Source: an uncultured Gemmatimonadales bacterium
GTDB taxonomy: Bacteria; Gemmatimonadota; Gemmatimonadetes; Gemmatimonadales; Gemmatimonadaceae
Direction of reading: 5' to 3'
DNA: 64,000 nt
Assembly (NCBI GenBank): GCA_963793305.1
Contig: CAWBZV010000003.1
Coordinates: 1,472,001 to 1,536,000, forward strand
Both the position numbers and the translations under genes were made by a program. Each line of letters starts with the position of its first letter. The first letter of the stretch is position 1. The notes below the pieces were generated by a model. That model searched no databases and had not been told where the DNA came from. It saw nothing but the letters and a program-made list of their open reading frames with translations. Positions 11,865 to 22,018 of the stretch are shown piece after piece.

Positions 11865-12619
11865 TTGAAGAACACGATGCTCATGATGATGTAGAACACG
11901 ATCCCGCCGGGGATCCACATAATGAGGCCACCCAACTGCTGATCCTCGAGCGGGCTCAGTCCCCAGATCCTCGGCGCCGCTTCGTACGCCGGGTAGAGGA
12001 CGTGGTCGGCCATCGCGATGTAGATCGCGACGATCGACATGGGAATGCTCATGAGGAAGCAATACAGCATCTGCCCGGGGTAGGCGAGCCGGGGCAGCTC
12101 CGGCAAAGGACTCAGGAATGGCCACCACATGAGCACCGCGGCGACCAGGAACATCAAGTGCTCGACAATGTGCACTGGATGATCGGCCATCGCCAGGTTG
12201 TAGGGGCCTGGGAGATGCCAGCCGATCATCATGAGGTTGAAGATGACGAATGCCTGCTTGGGCCCCGTAAGCCACCGGGCGACGGGTCCTACGCCCGGGA
12301 TCCCGAGCGCCGGCCGCAACATCCAGCCCGGCGTGCCCGCTACCAATAGCGGTGCCACCACGAAGATCAGCACCAGGTGCTGGACCATGTGGGCCGAGAA
12401 CAGGTCGTAGTCCGACAGGTCGTGCAGCGGGCCGTTCAGCGCCAGGAACATCGCCAGCAGTCCGCCGGCGAACGCGATCGTCTGGCCTTTGGTCGGCCGC
12501 TTTCCCTCTACCCGCGACCGCCAGGCATAGAGCGTCCCGAGTCCCGCTATGCCAACGACGGTGCTCCAGTGAACGGAAAAGCCAGCCGCTGGGATCGGCC
12601 CGGCCGGGTGTAGCAGCAC
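11804..12619 (-). CDS. ctaG: caa3-type cytochrome c oxidase assembly factor CtaG
   Basis: LFSAHMVQHL, WHLP, EHLMFL, DQQLGGLIMWIPG; located in the cox operon. Confidence 0.9.
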   Translation of the reverse strand: MLLHPAGPIPAAGFSVHWSTVVGIAGLGTLYAWRSRVEGKRPTKGQTIAFAGGLLAMFLALNGPLHDLSDYDLFSAHMVQHLVLIFVVAPLLVAGTPGWMLRPALGIPGVGPVARWLTGPKQAFVIFNLMMIGWHLPGPYNLAMADHPVHIVEHLMFLVAAVLMWWPFLSPLPELPRLAYPGQMLYCFLMSIPMSIVAIYIAMADHVLYPAYEAAPRIWGLSPLEDQQLGGLIMWIPGGIVFYIIMSIVFFKWAQRGEDHAAAAQVGWRPS

Positions 12620-12622
12620 GAG

Positions 12623-12964
12623 TTACGTCAGGAGGCTCAGGTGAATCGCGAATTTCCCGAACAGGAACATGAGCACGATGATGGTCGCCATCGCAACAAG
12701 GAATGGCCCGGTGAACAACGCGCGATACAGCCGTGCGTCGTACTTGAGGTGCATGTAGAACAACACGACGATAACGAACTTGATCGCCGACAAAATCAGC
12801 AGGGTCGGCACGAAGTAAGCGGTCTCGGGGAAGCCTTTCAGGTAGTAACACCACACTTCGATAACCGTAATGACGGTCAGGATCAGCGCGACCTTCCAGT
12901 AGGTCGACCACGTCGGATGAGCCTCGTGGGCTTCCGCATGTCCCGCAGCGTGTTGATCGCTCAT
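12623..12964 (-). CDS. ctaF: Cytochrome c oxidase subunit IV
   Basis: Three TM helices, KFVIVVLFYMHLKYD motif; ATGA overlap with the subunit III stop. Confidence 0.9.
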   Translation of the reverse strand: MSDQHAAGHAEAHEAHPTWSTYWKVALILTVITVIEVWCYYLKGFPETAYFVPTLLILSAIKFVIVVLFYMHLKYDARLYRALFTGPFLVAMATIIVLMFLFGKFAIHLSLLT

Positions 12965-13623
12965 TTGATGAGATAAATGAGGGTGAAGATCGCGATCCAG
13001 ACGACGTCGACGAAGTGCCAGTACAGGGCCATGATATCGACGTTGAGCGCGTCCTTTGGCCCGAGCCCGCGCTTGAAGTCGATGCCGAGCATGGTGAGCA
13101 GCCACAACACGCCCGCGGTCACGTGCGCGCCGTGGAACCCGGTGAGCGTAAAGAAGGACGAGCCGAAGAGGTTCGTCCTGATCGTCAGCCCTTCATGCAC
13201 GAAGGACGTAAACTCGTACGCCTGAAACGACAGAAACGTCGCGCCGAGCGCCGCGGTCGTAAAGAGCCAGAGCTTGGAGCTCCCGAGGATGCGATCGCCG
13301 AGCGTGTGCTTCGGCACGTCGCGATTCTCGACGGCGGCGAGCGCGAGCACCATGGCCAGCGACGACATGAGCAGCACGAACGTCGAGCACGACGTCACGG
13401 GAATGTTCAGGATCGCCTTGTAGACGTGATGCGTCGACGGATCCGTCCACGCCTCATGCGGGAAGGGCCCGCTGATCGACCGCCCCTTGTAGATGAGATA
13501 CGTCGAGATCAGCGACGCGAAGAGCATGCACTCCGAACCGATGAACGCCCAGATGGCGATCTTCCGGTGCGGCAGCCCGGTGGTGGTATACCCGTGACCG
13601 ACGTCAGCGGCGGTGGCGGTCAT
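12961..13623 (-). CDS. ctaE: Cytochrome c oxidase subunit III
   Basis: WAFIGSECMLF, FFTLTGFHGAHV, LYWHFVDVVW. Confidence 0.95.
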   Translation of the reverse strand: MTATAADVGHGYTTTGLPHRKIAIWAFIGSECMLFASLISTYLIYKGRSISGPFPHEAWTDPSTHHVYKAILNIPVTSCSTFVLLMSSLAMVLALAAVENRDVPKHTLGDRILGSSKLWLFTTAALGATFLSFQAYEFTSFVHEGLTIRTNLFGSSFFTLTGFHGAHVTAGVLWLLTMLGIDFKRGLGPKDALNVDIMALYWHFVDVVWIAIFTLIYLIK

Positions 13624-15510
13624 GCGTGGTGGTGCTCCGGTTCGAGTGGGGTGGTGAGCCACCAGTACAGGCACCCGACCAGCATCGCGGCGCCACCGTA
13701 CATGAAGATGTAATGCGGCAACTTGTTTTCGAGGTGCATCAACATGAGCCCACCGAACATGATGGGCAGCGCCAGCGCGGTGAGCAGCGGCTTGAGCGTA
13801 TGGTACGGCATCGGAATCCCGAGCTCGGCCGCGGTCGGCGCTGGCGCCTCACTGTGCATCGGCGTATTCGGAACCGGCGTCGAGGCGAGCGGCGGCTTAA
13901 CGTCCCACAACGGATAGCGCGAGGTCACCTTCGGAATCGTCGCGAAGTTATACGGCGGCGGCGGTGAGGGGATCGACCACTCGAGCGTGCCCGCTCCCCA
14001 TGGATCGTTGCCGGCGATCCGGCCCGATCTCGCACTCTTCCAGAATGTTGTAGACGAGGATCAACGTCGCCGGGACGAGCAGGTAGGCGCCCATCGTCGA
14101 CAGGAAGTTGAACGTGTCCCATCCCTGGCCGGCGTCGTACGTCCAGATCCGCCGCGGCATGCCGAGCAGACCGGAGAAGTGCATCGGGAAGAACACCAGG
14201 TTGGACCCGAAGAAGTTGATCCAGAAGTGCCACTTGCCGAGCCGCTCATCCAAGAGACGCCCGGTGAACTTCGGGAAGTACGTATAGAGCCCGGCGAACA
14301 GGCCCATGAGCGACCCGCCGAAGATCACGTAGTGGAAGTGTCCGACGACGAAATAGGTATCCGTCTGTTGCAAGTCGGCCGGTGGCGACGAGTGCATGAC
14401 GCCGGAAATCCCACCAATCGTAAACATGGCCACCATCCCAATGGCGAACATGGCGGCCGTGGTAAACCGAATCGATCCGCCCCAGAGTGTGAAAATCCAG
14501 TTGAAGATTTTCACGCCAGTAGGAATGGCGATGAGCATCGTCGTGACGGCGAAGAACGAGTCGGCAATCGGACCCATGCCCACCGCGAACATGTGGTGAG
14601 CCCATACGCCGAATCCGAGCATGCCAATGAGAATGCCCGAGTACACCATGACGGGATATCCGAACAGCGGCTTCCGCGCGAACGTCGGCATGACTTCTGA
14701 CACGAGCCCGAACGCCGGCAGCACGAGGATGTAGACCTCGGGGTGCCCGAAGATCCAGAAGAGATGCTGCCAGAGCAGCGGATCAGCGCCGCGGGCGATC
14801 TCGTAGAAGTTCGTCCCGAAGAACCGGTCGAACAACAAGAACACCAACGCAATGGTGATAACCGGGAATGCCAAAATAATCAGGAACTGCACCACGAACG
14901 ACATCCACGTGAACAGCGGCATCCGCATGAGATTCATGCCGGGCGCCCGCATGTTGATGATCGTCGTGATGAAGTTGAACCCGGCGGCGAGCGACGAGAT
15001 GCCGAGGATCTGGAGACCGATCACCCAGAAGTCGATGTTCAGTCCGGGCGAGTACACCTTGGTCGTGAGCGGCGCGTAGCCGAACCATCCACCGTTCGGC
15101 GCGGCGCCGAACAGGATCGGCAGCGTAATGAAGATGCCGCCGAAGAGATACACCCAGTAGCTGAAGGCATTGAGCCGCGGGAACGCGACGTCACGGGCGC
15201 CGATCTGCAATGGAATCAGCAGATTGAAGAACGCCGCCGACAACGGCATGATCACGAGGAAGATCATGGTCGTGCCGTGCATCGTGAACAGCTGATTGTA
15301 CAGCTCGGCCGAGACGATATGCTGGTTCGGCCGCATGAGCTGCGTCCGCATGATCTCGGCCTCGAGGCCGCCGATCAGCATGAACGTCAGCGCCGTGAAG
15401 AGGTACAGCGAGCCGATGCGCTTGTGGTCCGTCGTGGCGAGCCAGCTCCATACGCCATACGGCTCGTCGGCCGTTCGCGGAACGACCAGCGGCGCGGCGA
15501 TCGTTGCCAT
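13620..15510 (-). CDS. ctaD: Cytochrome c oxidase subunit I (A1 type); +1 frameshift at 14044-14045
   Basis: TTDHKRIG, TMHGTTM, WIFGHPEVY, VWAHHMF, HFHYV, GMPRR; removing one base restores NIWKSARSGRIAGNDPWGAGTLEW and joins ORF 13620..13928. Confidence 0.95.
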
Positions 15511-15525
15511 ATCTGCCTTAGTCTC

Positions 15526-16818
15526 CTACTTGAGTTCCTGCAGATACGCCACGATGTCGGCGATCTGCTGGTCCGTCAGCGTACCCAGCGGCGACACGTG
15601 GCCCGTCTGTGGGTCCATCTGACCTTTGCCCAGGACGGGCATGAGCACATCGGGCTTGTCCATGTGCGCGTTCTTGACCCAGTACCGCAGATGCTGCGTG
15701 TCGTTCGGATAGAGCGCCGCCGCGATCGTGTAGCGCAACCCGACGTGCGTCAGGTTCGGGCCGACAATGCCGACTGATGACGGGTTGCCTTTGATCGTGT
15801 GGCAGCCGATGCAGGCCTGACTGCTGTACGTCTTGAAGCCCGCGACCGGGTCGCCCTTCATGCTCATGTCGAACGTCTCTTCCGTCGGCAGCGGCGTCTC
15901 GGGCGTGAAGTTCGGCGGCAGCTTGTCTTTCGGGAACACGTACCCCGTATCAACCGTCGTCTGTACGACCACGTTAGCAACCGGCCGGACGAGCGAGGCG
16001 GAGCCGGATGCATCCGTGGTCTTCGCGGGAGCCGCCGGTGCACCGGGCGCGGTCGCCGAAGGCGCTGTGTTATTCGCGATGGGGTAAACGGCCGCGCCGG
16101 CCTGATGCCGGGCCCAACTCTCGAAGTCGGCCGGCGGCACGGTGAACACCCGGAACCGCATCTCCGCGTGCGATGATCCGCAGTATTCGTTACACGTCCC
16201 ATTCCAAGCCTGCTCGCCGAGATTCGAATCCGGCGTAAACCACAGATAGTTCGTGTGATTCGAGATGACGTCCCGCTTCCCGCCGAGCTGCGGAATCCAG
16301 AAGCTGTGCAGCACGTCCACGGTGCGCAGCGCGAAGTTCACCTTTCGCCCATTCGGCAGATACAGCTCGTTCGCGGTCACGACATTGTACTGCGGATACC
16401 GGAACTCCCACCACCACTGGTGCCCATACACCTCGACCTGCAACGCACTGGCTTCGGCCTTCGCCTGCGTCGAGAAGATGGTCTTCACCGTGGGCACGGC
16501 GATGAGCGCCAAGATCACCGCGGGTATCGCGGTCCACGTGATCTCGAGCGCCGTATTGCCGTGCACGTGCTCGGGCTCCGGGCCACCATCGCGATGCCGG
16601 TACCGGATGATCGTGTAGACCAGCAGGGACTCGACGAGGATGAACACCGCGATGCCCAGATAGAGCAGGATGTTCCAGATGTGGTCGATTTCCCGGCCGA
16701 ATTCGCTGTGCGGCGCGAACGTCGTGTTGGGATACTTGTCGACGCCGCACGCTGCGAGAGCGACGACGCCAAGCGCCAACGTCGCCAGCCACCAGCGCTT
16801 ACCTGAGAATGAACGCAT
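15526..16818 (-). CDS. ctaC: Cytochrome c oxidase subunit II with fused C-terminal cytochrome c (caa3 type)
   Basis: Lipobox LAAC, HQWWWEFRY, DVLHSFWIP, CuA site CNEYCGSSHAEM, heme motif CIGCH. Confidence 0.95.
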   Translation of the reverse strand: MRSFSGKRWWLATLALGVVALAACGVDKYPNTTFAPHSEFGREIDHIWNILLYLGIAVFILVESLLVYTIIRYRHRDGGPEPEHVHGNTALEITWTAIPAVILALIAVPTVKTIFSTQAKAEASALQVEVYGHQWWWEFRYPQYNVVTANELYLPNGRKVNFALRTVDVLHSFWIPQLGGKRDVISNHTNYLWFTPDSNLGEQAWNGTCNEYCGSSHAEMRFRVFTVPPADFESWARHQAGAAVYPIANNTAPSATAPGAPAAPAKTTDASGSASLVRPVANVVVQTTVDTGYVFPKDKLPPNFTPETPLPTEETFDMSMKGDPVAGFKTYSSQACIGCHTIKGNPSSVGIVGPNLTHVGLRYTIAAALYPNDTQHLRYWVKNAHMDKPDVLMPVLGKGQMDPQTGHVSPLGTLTDQQIADIVAYLQELK

Positions 16819-16900
16819 GAGAAGGGAGAGGAGGTCCACCCGTGCTACGTGCCGCCAACAAACTAATCAGTCCCGCGCCCCCCTGTCACCATGTCGCTAC

Positions 16901-17266
16901 TCAGTGCTCCACTTTCTCCGTATGGAGCTCGATCGTCTTGGCGACGGCGATTTCCAGGGCCGTTCGCACCTGAGCGACGGTCTCTCGGAGGCTCCGGAGG
17001 CGGACCTTGTCACTCCCGGTCCGCCCGGCGACGACCATCGCGGCCGCCAGTTGATCGGAGATCATCCCGAACTGCCCCTTGAGCAGTCCGACCATTGGCG
17101 TTCCCGCTCGCTTGATCTGTGCACCATAGATCGTGGCGGGCTGTGCATTCTTGACCGCCATCGCGAACTGCTCGACGAGCCCATGCACTCGCTGCAGCTG
17201 GGTCTGCGCGGTCTCCAGCGTCTTCATCTTCTCGATGCCCGCTCCATCCATCTTTGCGCCAGCCAT
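16901..17266 (-). CDS. Hypothetical helical protein (121 aa)
   Basis: ATG overlaps the upstream stop (TAATG); amphipathic helical pattern. Confidence 0.7.
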   Translation of the reverse strand: MAGAKMDGAGIEKMKTLETAQTQLQRVHGLVEQFAMAVKNAQPATIYGAQIKRAGTPMVGLLKGQFGMISDQLAAAMVVAGRTGSDKVRLRSLRETVAQVRTALEIAVAKTIELHTEKVEH

Positions 17267-18336
17267 TATCGCACCCGTTCCATTCGAGGGTTCGGCCGCG
17301 ACTCACTGCCTGCTCTCATACGCAGCGGCCCGTCTAACTTGACGAGCGCCGCCTGGAATCCGGTTCGCCCGGCGAGGAGAGCGGCTCCAATCCCGTAGGC
17401 ATCGACCGGCACGCCTTCCTCCTCGAACGCCCGGATGCGCTCGACCGTAAACCCGCTCGACGCGAGGATCTTGATCTCCCCCAGTCCCTCGCCGTCGAGG
17501 GCGTTCCGGACATTCCAGACGAGCTGCGGGTTGACCCCCGTCGGGTCGAACGTCCCCATCGCCGAGATGATGGATGTATCGACCAGGTTTTCCGACGTGG
17601 CGAGCTGGACGCCCCACAGCCTTCCCGCCTCGAGCGCGTGCGCGACGTCGAGCGCGGTACGCACCGAGTCGTCCTCATAATCGACGGGGACTATGATCTG
17701 AACCGCGGGGTCAATGTGGTTGGCGAAGGTCCGTGCGGCGAGCGGCGTATCCCCGCCAAACGCGGCAATGAACGCGTGCGACACGAGCGCCAGGGCAGGC
17801 ATCCCTCGTGGGACCGGCATGGGCGGGTCAGCCGAAATCGGGAGAGCCCCCGCGATGTGAGCCGCCAGCACGTCGCCCGCTTGGGTCAGCCAATGGTCGT
17901 GTCGCGCCGGAAACGCCATGATCGGCTTGGGTCGTGCCGCATCCACAAACGCTCTCGCGTTCGTACTCACCCGCGTCCGCCGCGCGAGCGTGCCCAGGAC
18001 GAGTGGCTCCAAGTGCGCGAACCGCTCGTAAGGCCCCTCGATGGTCATGACCGTCTCGCCGGCCTCGGCGCGGTCGCCGTCGTACAGCGAATGCACGGTC
18101 ACGGACGCCCAGTCGTCGATGCACAATCTCAGCAACGCAATCGACTCGTCGGTCCCACCCATCAGGCACGTTCGCTCAGCGGTGACCTGAACACAGACCT
18201 GGGGAGAGCGACCCTCAGCCAGCAGAATCTCACGGACGCGCGCCGCGGATTTGTCAGTGGAATGCCCCAGACGGAGCCGCTCAACCGGGAGGTTGAAGGA
18301 CGCCGGCTCCAGGCGCTTTCTTCGTCGTGGCGGCAT
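17266..18336 (-). CDS. Nicotinate phosphoribosyltransferase-like protein with degenerate active-site motifs
   Basis: Type II PRTase features (IEGPY, PARHDHW, VDYEDD, VDAYGIG), but GVQLAT in place of GVRLD(S/T) and SSGF in place of SGG. Confidence 0.8.
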   Translation of the reverse strand: MPPRRRKRLEPASFNLPVERLRLGHSTDKSAARVREILLAEGRSPQVCVQVTAERTCLMGGTDESIALLRLCIDDWASVTVHSLYDGDRAEAGETVMTIEGPYERFAHLEPLVLGTLARRTRVSTNARAFVDAARPKPIMAFPARHDHWLTQAGDVLAAHIAGALPISADPPMPVPRGMPALALVSHAFIAAFGGDTPLAARTFANHIDPAVQIIVPVDYEDDSVRTALDVAHALEAGRLWGVQLATSENLVDTSIISAMGTFDPTGVNPQLVWNVRNALDGEGLGEIKILASSGFTVERIRAFEEEGVPVDAYGIGAALLAGRTGFQAALVKLDGPLRMRAGSESRPNPRMERVR

Positions 18337-18365
18337 GCTTGGGCGGAAAGGTAACTTTAGATCTT

Positions 18366-20723
18366 ATGACGGGGCTATCGGCAAACGTCTACCAGCCCGC
18401 CGCGATCGAGCGAAAGTGGCAGGACCGGTGGCGCGACCTGGGCACGAATCACACGGATGTGGACGCGGGGGCGGACCCTTTCTACGCCCTTATGATGTTC
18501 CCATACCCGTCAGCCGAAGGCTTGCACGTCGGTAATCTCTTCGCGTTCACCGGGAACGACATCTACGCGCGGTACCAGCGCCTCAAGGGGCACACGGTGT
18601 TCGAGCCGCTGGGCTACGACGCGTTTGGTATCCATAGCGAGAACTACGCGCTCAGAATCGGCGTCCATCCGACGGTCCTGATCCCGCGGAACATCGCCAA
18701 CTTCCGCCGGCAGTTGGACCGCACCGGTCTCATGGTCGACTGGCGGTACCAGGTCGACACCACCGACCCGCGGTACTACAAGTGGACCCAGTGGATCTTC
18801 TTGCAACTGTACAAGGCCGGTCTGGCGTACAAATCCCAGGGCGCGGTCAACTGGTGTCCGGCCGACAAGACCGTGTTGGCGAACGAGCAGGTCATCGATG
18901 GCCACTGCGAGCGCTGCGGCACGGCGGTCGAGCAGCGGTACCTCGACCAGTGGTTCTTCGCGATCTCGCGCATGTCGGAGCGCCTGCTCAGAAATCTCGA
19001 CTGGCTCGATTGGTCCGAATCGACGAAGACCGCCCAACGCAATTGGATCGGGAAGTCGAGCGGGGCCGAGGTCACGTTCGAGCCGGGTATCACCGTGTTC
19101 ACCACGCGGCCGGACACGATCTTCGGCGCGACCTATCTGGTGCTGGCGCCAGAGCACCCGTTGGCCCGCACGTTGCCGACGCCGGAGAACAGCGCCGCCG
19201 TCGACGCGTACCTGGCCCGTGCCGCCCAGCAGGACGTCGTCAGTCGGAAGATCACGAAGGACAAGACCGGCGTATTCACCGGCGCGTTCGCCACAAACCC
19301 CGCGACCGGCACTCAGATCCCGATCTGGATCGCCGATTACGTCCTGATGGACTACGGCACTGGTGCAATTATGGGCGTGCCGAGCGACGACGAGCGCGAT
19401 AACGAGTTCGCGGTCGCGCATAGTCTGCCCATCACGCAGGTGATCCACGACGATCGCCTGGTAAATTCTGGCCAGTTCAACGGCCTGAGCGTCGAAGACG
19501 CGAAGGGCCGTATCATAGATTGGCTGGCAGAGAAGGGCGCAGCGAAGCGCGTCGAGAACTATCGCCTGCACGACTGGACGATCTCGCGCCAGCGCTACTG
19601 GGGTCCGCCGATCCCCATTATCTACTGCGCGAAATGCGGAATCGTCCCGGTGCCCGAGCGCGACCTGCCGGTCGTCCTCCCGTACATCCAGGATTTCCGT
19701 CCGGATGACTCGGGAACGTCGCCACTGGCGCGCCACGAGGAGTGGTATCGGGTAGCATGTCCAAAGTGCGGCGGCGAAGCGCGCCGTGAGACCGACGTCT
19801 CGGACAACTTCCTCGACAACAGCTGGTACTTCCTGCGCTATCCGAGCACGGATCGCGACAACGTCCCGTTTGACCAGGCGCTGACGAAAAAGTGGTTGCC
19901 GGTGAACTCGTACATCGGCGGCAACGAGCACGCCGTGCTACACCTCATGTACTCGCGGTTCATTACGATGGTGCTGCACGACCTGGGACATCTCTCCTTC
20001 GAGGAGCCGTTCGCGCGCTTCCGGGCGCACGGTCTGATCGTCAAAGACGGCGCGAAGATGTCCAAGACCAAAGGCAACATCATCAATCCGGACGAGTACA
20101 TCAACGCCTGGGGCGCCGACACGTTCCGGATGTACTTGATGTTCCTCGGCGATTACCTGCAGGGCGGGGACTTCCGCGATGCGAGCATCTCGGGCGTCAA
20201 CCGCTACTTGAACCGCCTCTGGTCATCGGTCGCCGACCACAAGACCGACGGCGACCCCGACGGGGCCGTCATGTCGGCGCTCCATCGCACGATCAAGAAA
20301 GTCGGCGACGACATTCCGAAGCTCGGTTACAACACCGCGATCGCGGCGCTCATGGAGTACATGAACACGCTGCGCGAAGGCGAGCGCCATCCCCATCGTG
20401 CGGAGGTCGAGCCGCTGGTGCAGCTCACCGCGCCATTCGCGCCGCATATCGCCGAGGAGCTCTGGGAGCGGCTGGGGCACACGGGGAGTGTGTTCGACGC
20501 TGGCTGGCCGAAGTTCGATCCGGCGTTGATCGCCAGTGACACCGTCACCTATGCCGTGCAGGTGAACGGCAAGCTGCGCGGCACGATTGATTTGGCACCC
20601 GACGTATCCCAGGACGCCGCGGTCGCGGCTGCCCTGGCTGACCCCCAGATTCGCCGCCATATCACCGGCGAACCCAAACGGGTCGTCTTCGTCCCCAAGA
20701 AGCTGCTGAATTTCGTGCTCTAG
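18366..20723 (+). CDS. leuS: Leucine--tRNA ligase
   Basis: MFPYPS-GLHVGN (HIGH), TVLANEQV, FTTRPDT and GTGAIM editing domain, SRQRYWG, KMSKT, VQVNGKLRG. Confidence 0.97.
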   Translation: MTGLSANVYQPAAIERKWQDRWRDLGTNHTDVDAGADPFYALMMFPYPSAEGLHVGNLFAFTGNDIYARYQRLKGHTVFEPLGYDAFGIHSENYALRIGVHPTVLIPRNIANFRRQLDRTGLMVDWRYQVDTTDPRYYKWTQWIFLQLYKAGLAYKSQGAVNWCPADKTVLANEQVIDGHCERCGTAVEQRYLDQWFFAISRMSERLLRNLDWLDWSESTKTAQRNWIGKSSGAEVTFEPGITVFTTRPDTIFGATYLVLAPEHPLARTLPTPENSAAVDAYLARAAQQDVVSRKITKDKTGVFTGAFATNPATGTQIPIWIADYVLMDYGTGAIMGVPSDDERDNEFAVAHSLPITQVIHDDRLVNSGQFNGLSVEDAKGRIIDWLAEKGAAKRVENYRLHDWTISRQRYWGPPIPIIYCAKCGIVPVPERDLPVVLPYIQDFRPDDSGTSPLARHEEWYRVACPKCGGEARRETDVSDNFLDNSWYFLRYPSTDRDNVPFDQALTKKWLPVNSYIGGNEHAVLHLMYSRFITMVLHDLGHLSFEEPFARFRAHGLIVKDGAKMSKTKGNIINPDEYINAWGADTFRMYLMFLGDYLQGGDFRDASISGVNRYLNRLWSSVADHKTDGDPDGAVMSALHRTIKKVGDDIPKLGYNTAIAALMEYMNTLREGERHPHRAEVEPLVQLTAPFAPHIAEELWERLGHTGSVFDAGWPKFDPALIASDTVTYAVQVNGKLRGTIDLAPDVSQDAAVAAALADPQIRRHITGEPKRVVFVPKKLLNFVL

Positions 20724-20771
20724 CGCCCGCGGCCTAGATCGAGGCGCAGCCGAGATCTGTCCAACCGACAT

Positions 20772-20839
20772 GCTTCGTGCAGCGCGTCAGCGCTGCCCCG
20801 AAGCGCTGCTCTAGTCGGTGCGAAGCACGACTAGAGCAG
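20772..20839. terminator. Tandem GC-rich hairpins between convergent leuS and the VIT1 gene
   Basis: GCTTCG-t-GCAGCGC/GCGCTGC-cc-CGAAGC starting at 20772, then a perfect 12-bp stem CTGCTCTAGTCG (20806-20817)/CGACTAGAGCAG (20828-20839). Confidence 0.55.
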
Positions 20840-21940
20840 TTTCCCGACCCAGTTCCCGACGTAGTAGCCAACGACGGCGACGCCCAGGCCGATGACGAAC
20901 ATATCGAGCCCGGACCGAAATACCCCGCGGCCGGTGAAGATGGACCGCGCAGCTCCAACCAAAAAGTGAGATAGCATCGCCAGCGTAAAAGCCGTGATGA
21001 TGGCGGCGTAGCCAGACAAGAAGAAAAACGGAGCCACGGGGATGATGGCGCCGAGCCCTGTCGCGAGCCCGGTCACCCAAGCCTCGCGCATGGGCGACAT
21101 GCCGGGCTCGCCGATCTTGAGCTCCTCCCGCACTTGCTCTTCGAGCATGCGATGCGGATCGGCCATGACGTTCGTCGCCAGCGACTCGGCGGCCTCCCGA
21201 CTCATGCCTTTCGCCTCATAGATGAGCGCCAACTCGTCACGCTCGACCTCGGGCATGAGCGCGACCTCATCGCGCTCCATCGCGATCTCGTGCGCGTACA
21301 CTTCCTGCTCGCTTTTCGCCGCCAAATATCCGCTGGATCCCATCGACAGCGCATTGGCGATGAGCCCTGCGACACCGGCGACGACGACCGCCGAATGCTG
21401 CTGCGCGGCCGAGGCGCCGATGACGCCGGCCACGAGCCCGAAGTTGGCCGTGAGCCCGTCGTTGAACCCATACACGACATTGCGCAGCAGCCCGCCCGCG
21501 CCCGTGCGGTGCCACGGTTCCGCGCTCCGGCCGGCCAGCCCGGCCAGCGTCGACGCGTGGTCCGCGCTCTCCCGCGCCAGGAGTAGCGCCTCGCCACTCC
21601 CCGGCGCGCCCTGCGCCGTAGACCGGTGAAGATCGAGGTACCCTTTGACCTCGCGCCCCTCCTCCTCGAGCAGCATCGGCAACAAAAACCCGGGCCCCAT
21701 CATCCGCCCCAGGCTCGCCAGCATCCGGGTCCGCGTGCTCGGCTGGAACGGGCGCGGCGGATGCCCCTGCTCGGTCAGCAGCTTGCCCCAGATCGCGACA
21801 TGCCGGTCCTCGACCTCGGCCAGCCGAGCATAAACATCCCGCTTGGCCGCGTCCTTCTCGATCTCAGCTAAGAGCCGGTACAGATACGCCGCGTCGGCTT
21901 CGTCCTGCCAATGGTGCTCAAATGTGTGGATATCGGACAT
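20831..21940 (-). CDS. Rubrerythrin-like domain fused to a VIT1/CCC1 transporter (MbfA-like iron exporter)
   Basis: N-terminal DEADAAYLY, EDRH, ESADH di-iron pattern; VYGFNDGL, ALSMGSSGYL. Confidence 0.9.
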   Translation of the reverse strand: MSDIHTFEHHWQDEADAAYLYRLLAEIEKDAAKRDVYARLAEVEDRHVAIWGKLLTEQGHPPRPFQPSTRTRMLASLGRMMGPGFLLPMLLEEEGREVKGYLDLHRSTAQGAPGSGEALLLARESADHASTLAGLAGRSAEPWHRTGAGGLLRNVVYGFNDGLTANFGLVAGVIGASAAQQHSAVVVAGVAGLIANALSMGSSGYLAAKSEQEVYAHEIAMERDEVALMPEVERDELALIYEAKGMSREAAESLATNVMADPHRMLEEQVREELKIGEPGMSPMREAWVTGLATGLGAIIPVAPFFFLSGYAAIITAFTLAMLSHFLVGAARSIFTGRGVFRSGLDMFVIGLGVAVVGYYVGNWVGKLL

Positions 21941-22018
21941 GTTGAAAATCTAGAGGCAACCCGGGCGCCGGGTCCCGGGTCCAACAATAAAATTCCCCGA
22001 CTCCGGAGGTACCGCGCC

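Noticed and set aside
13620..15510. ctaD and the other split genes as pseudogenes or programmed frameshifts
   Set aside because: All breaks share one insertion context, no slippery sequence is evident, and both halves are otherwise intact; best explained as sequencing error
18366..20723. LeuRS variants HVGN, KMSKT and VPSDDERD as signs of altered function
   Set aside because: Within ordinary variation; the editing-site Thr-rich motif and Asp residues are retained
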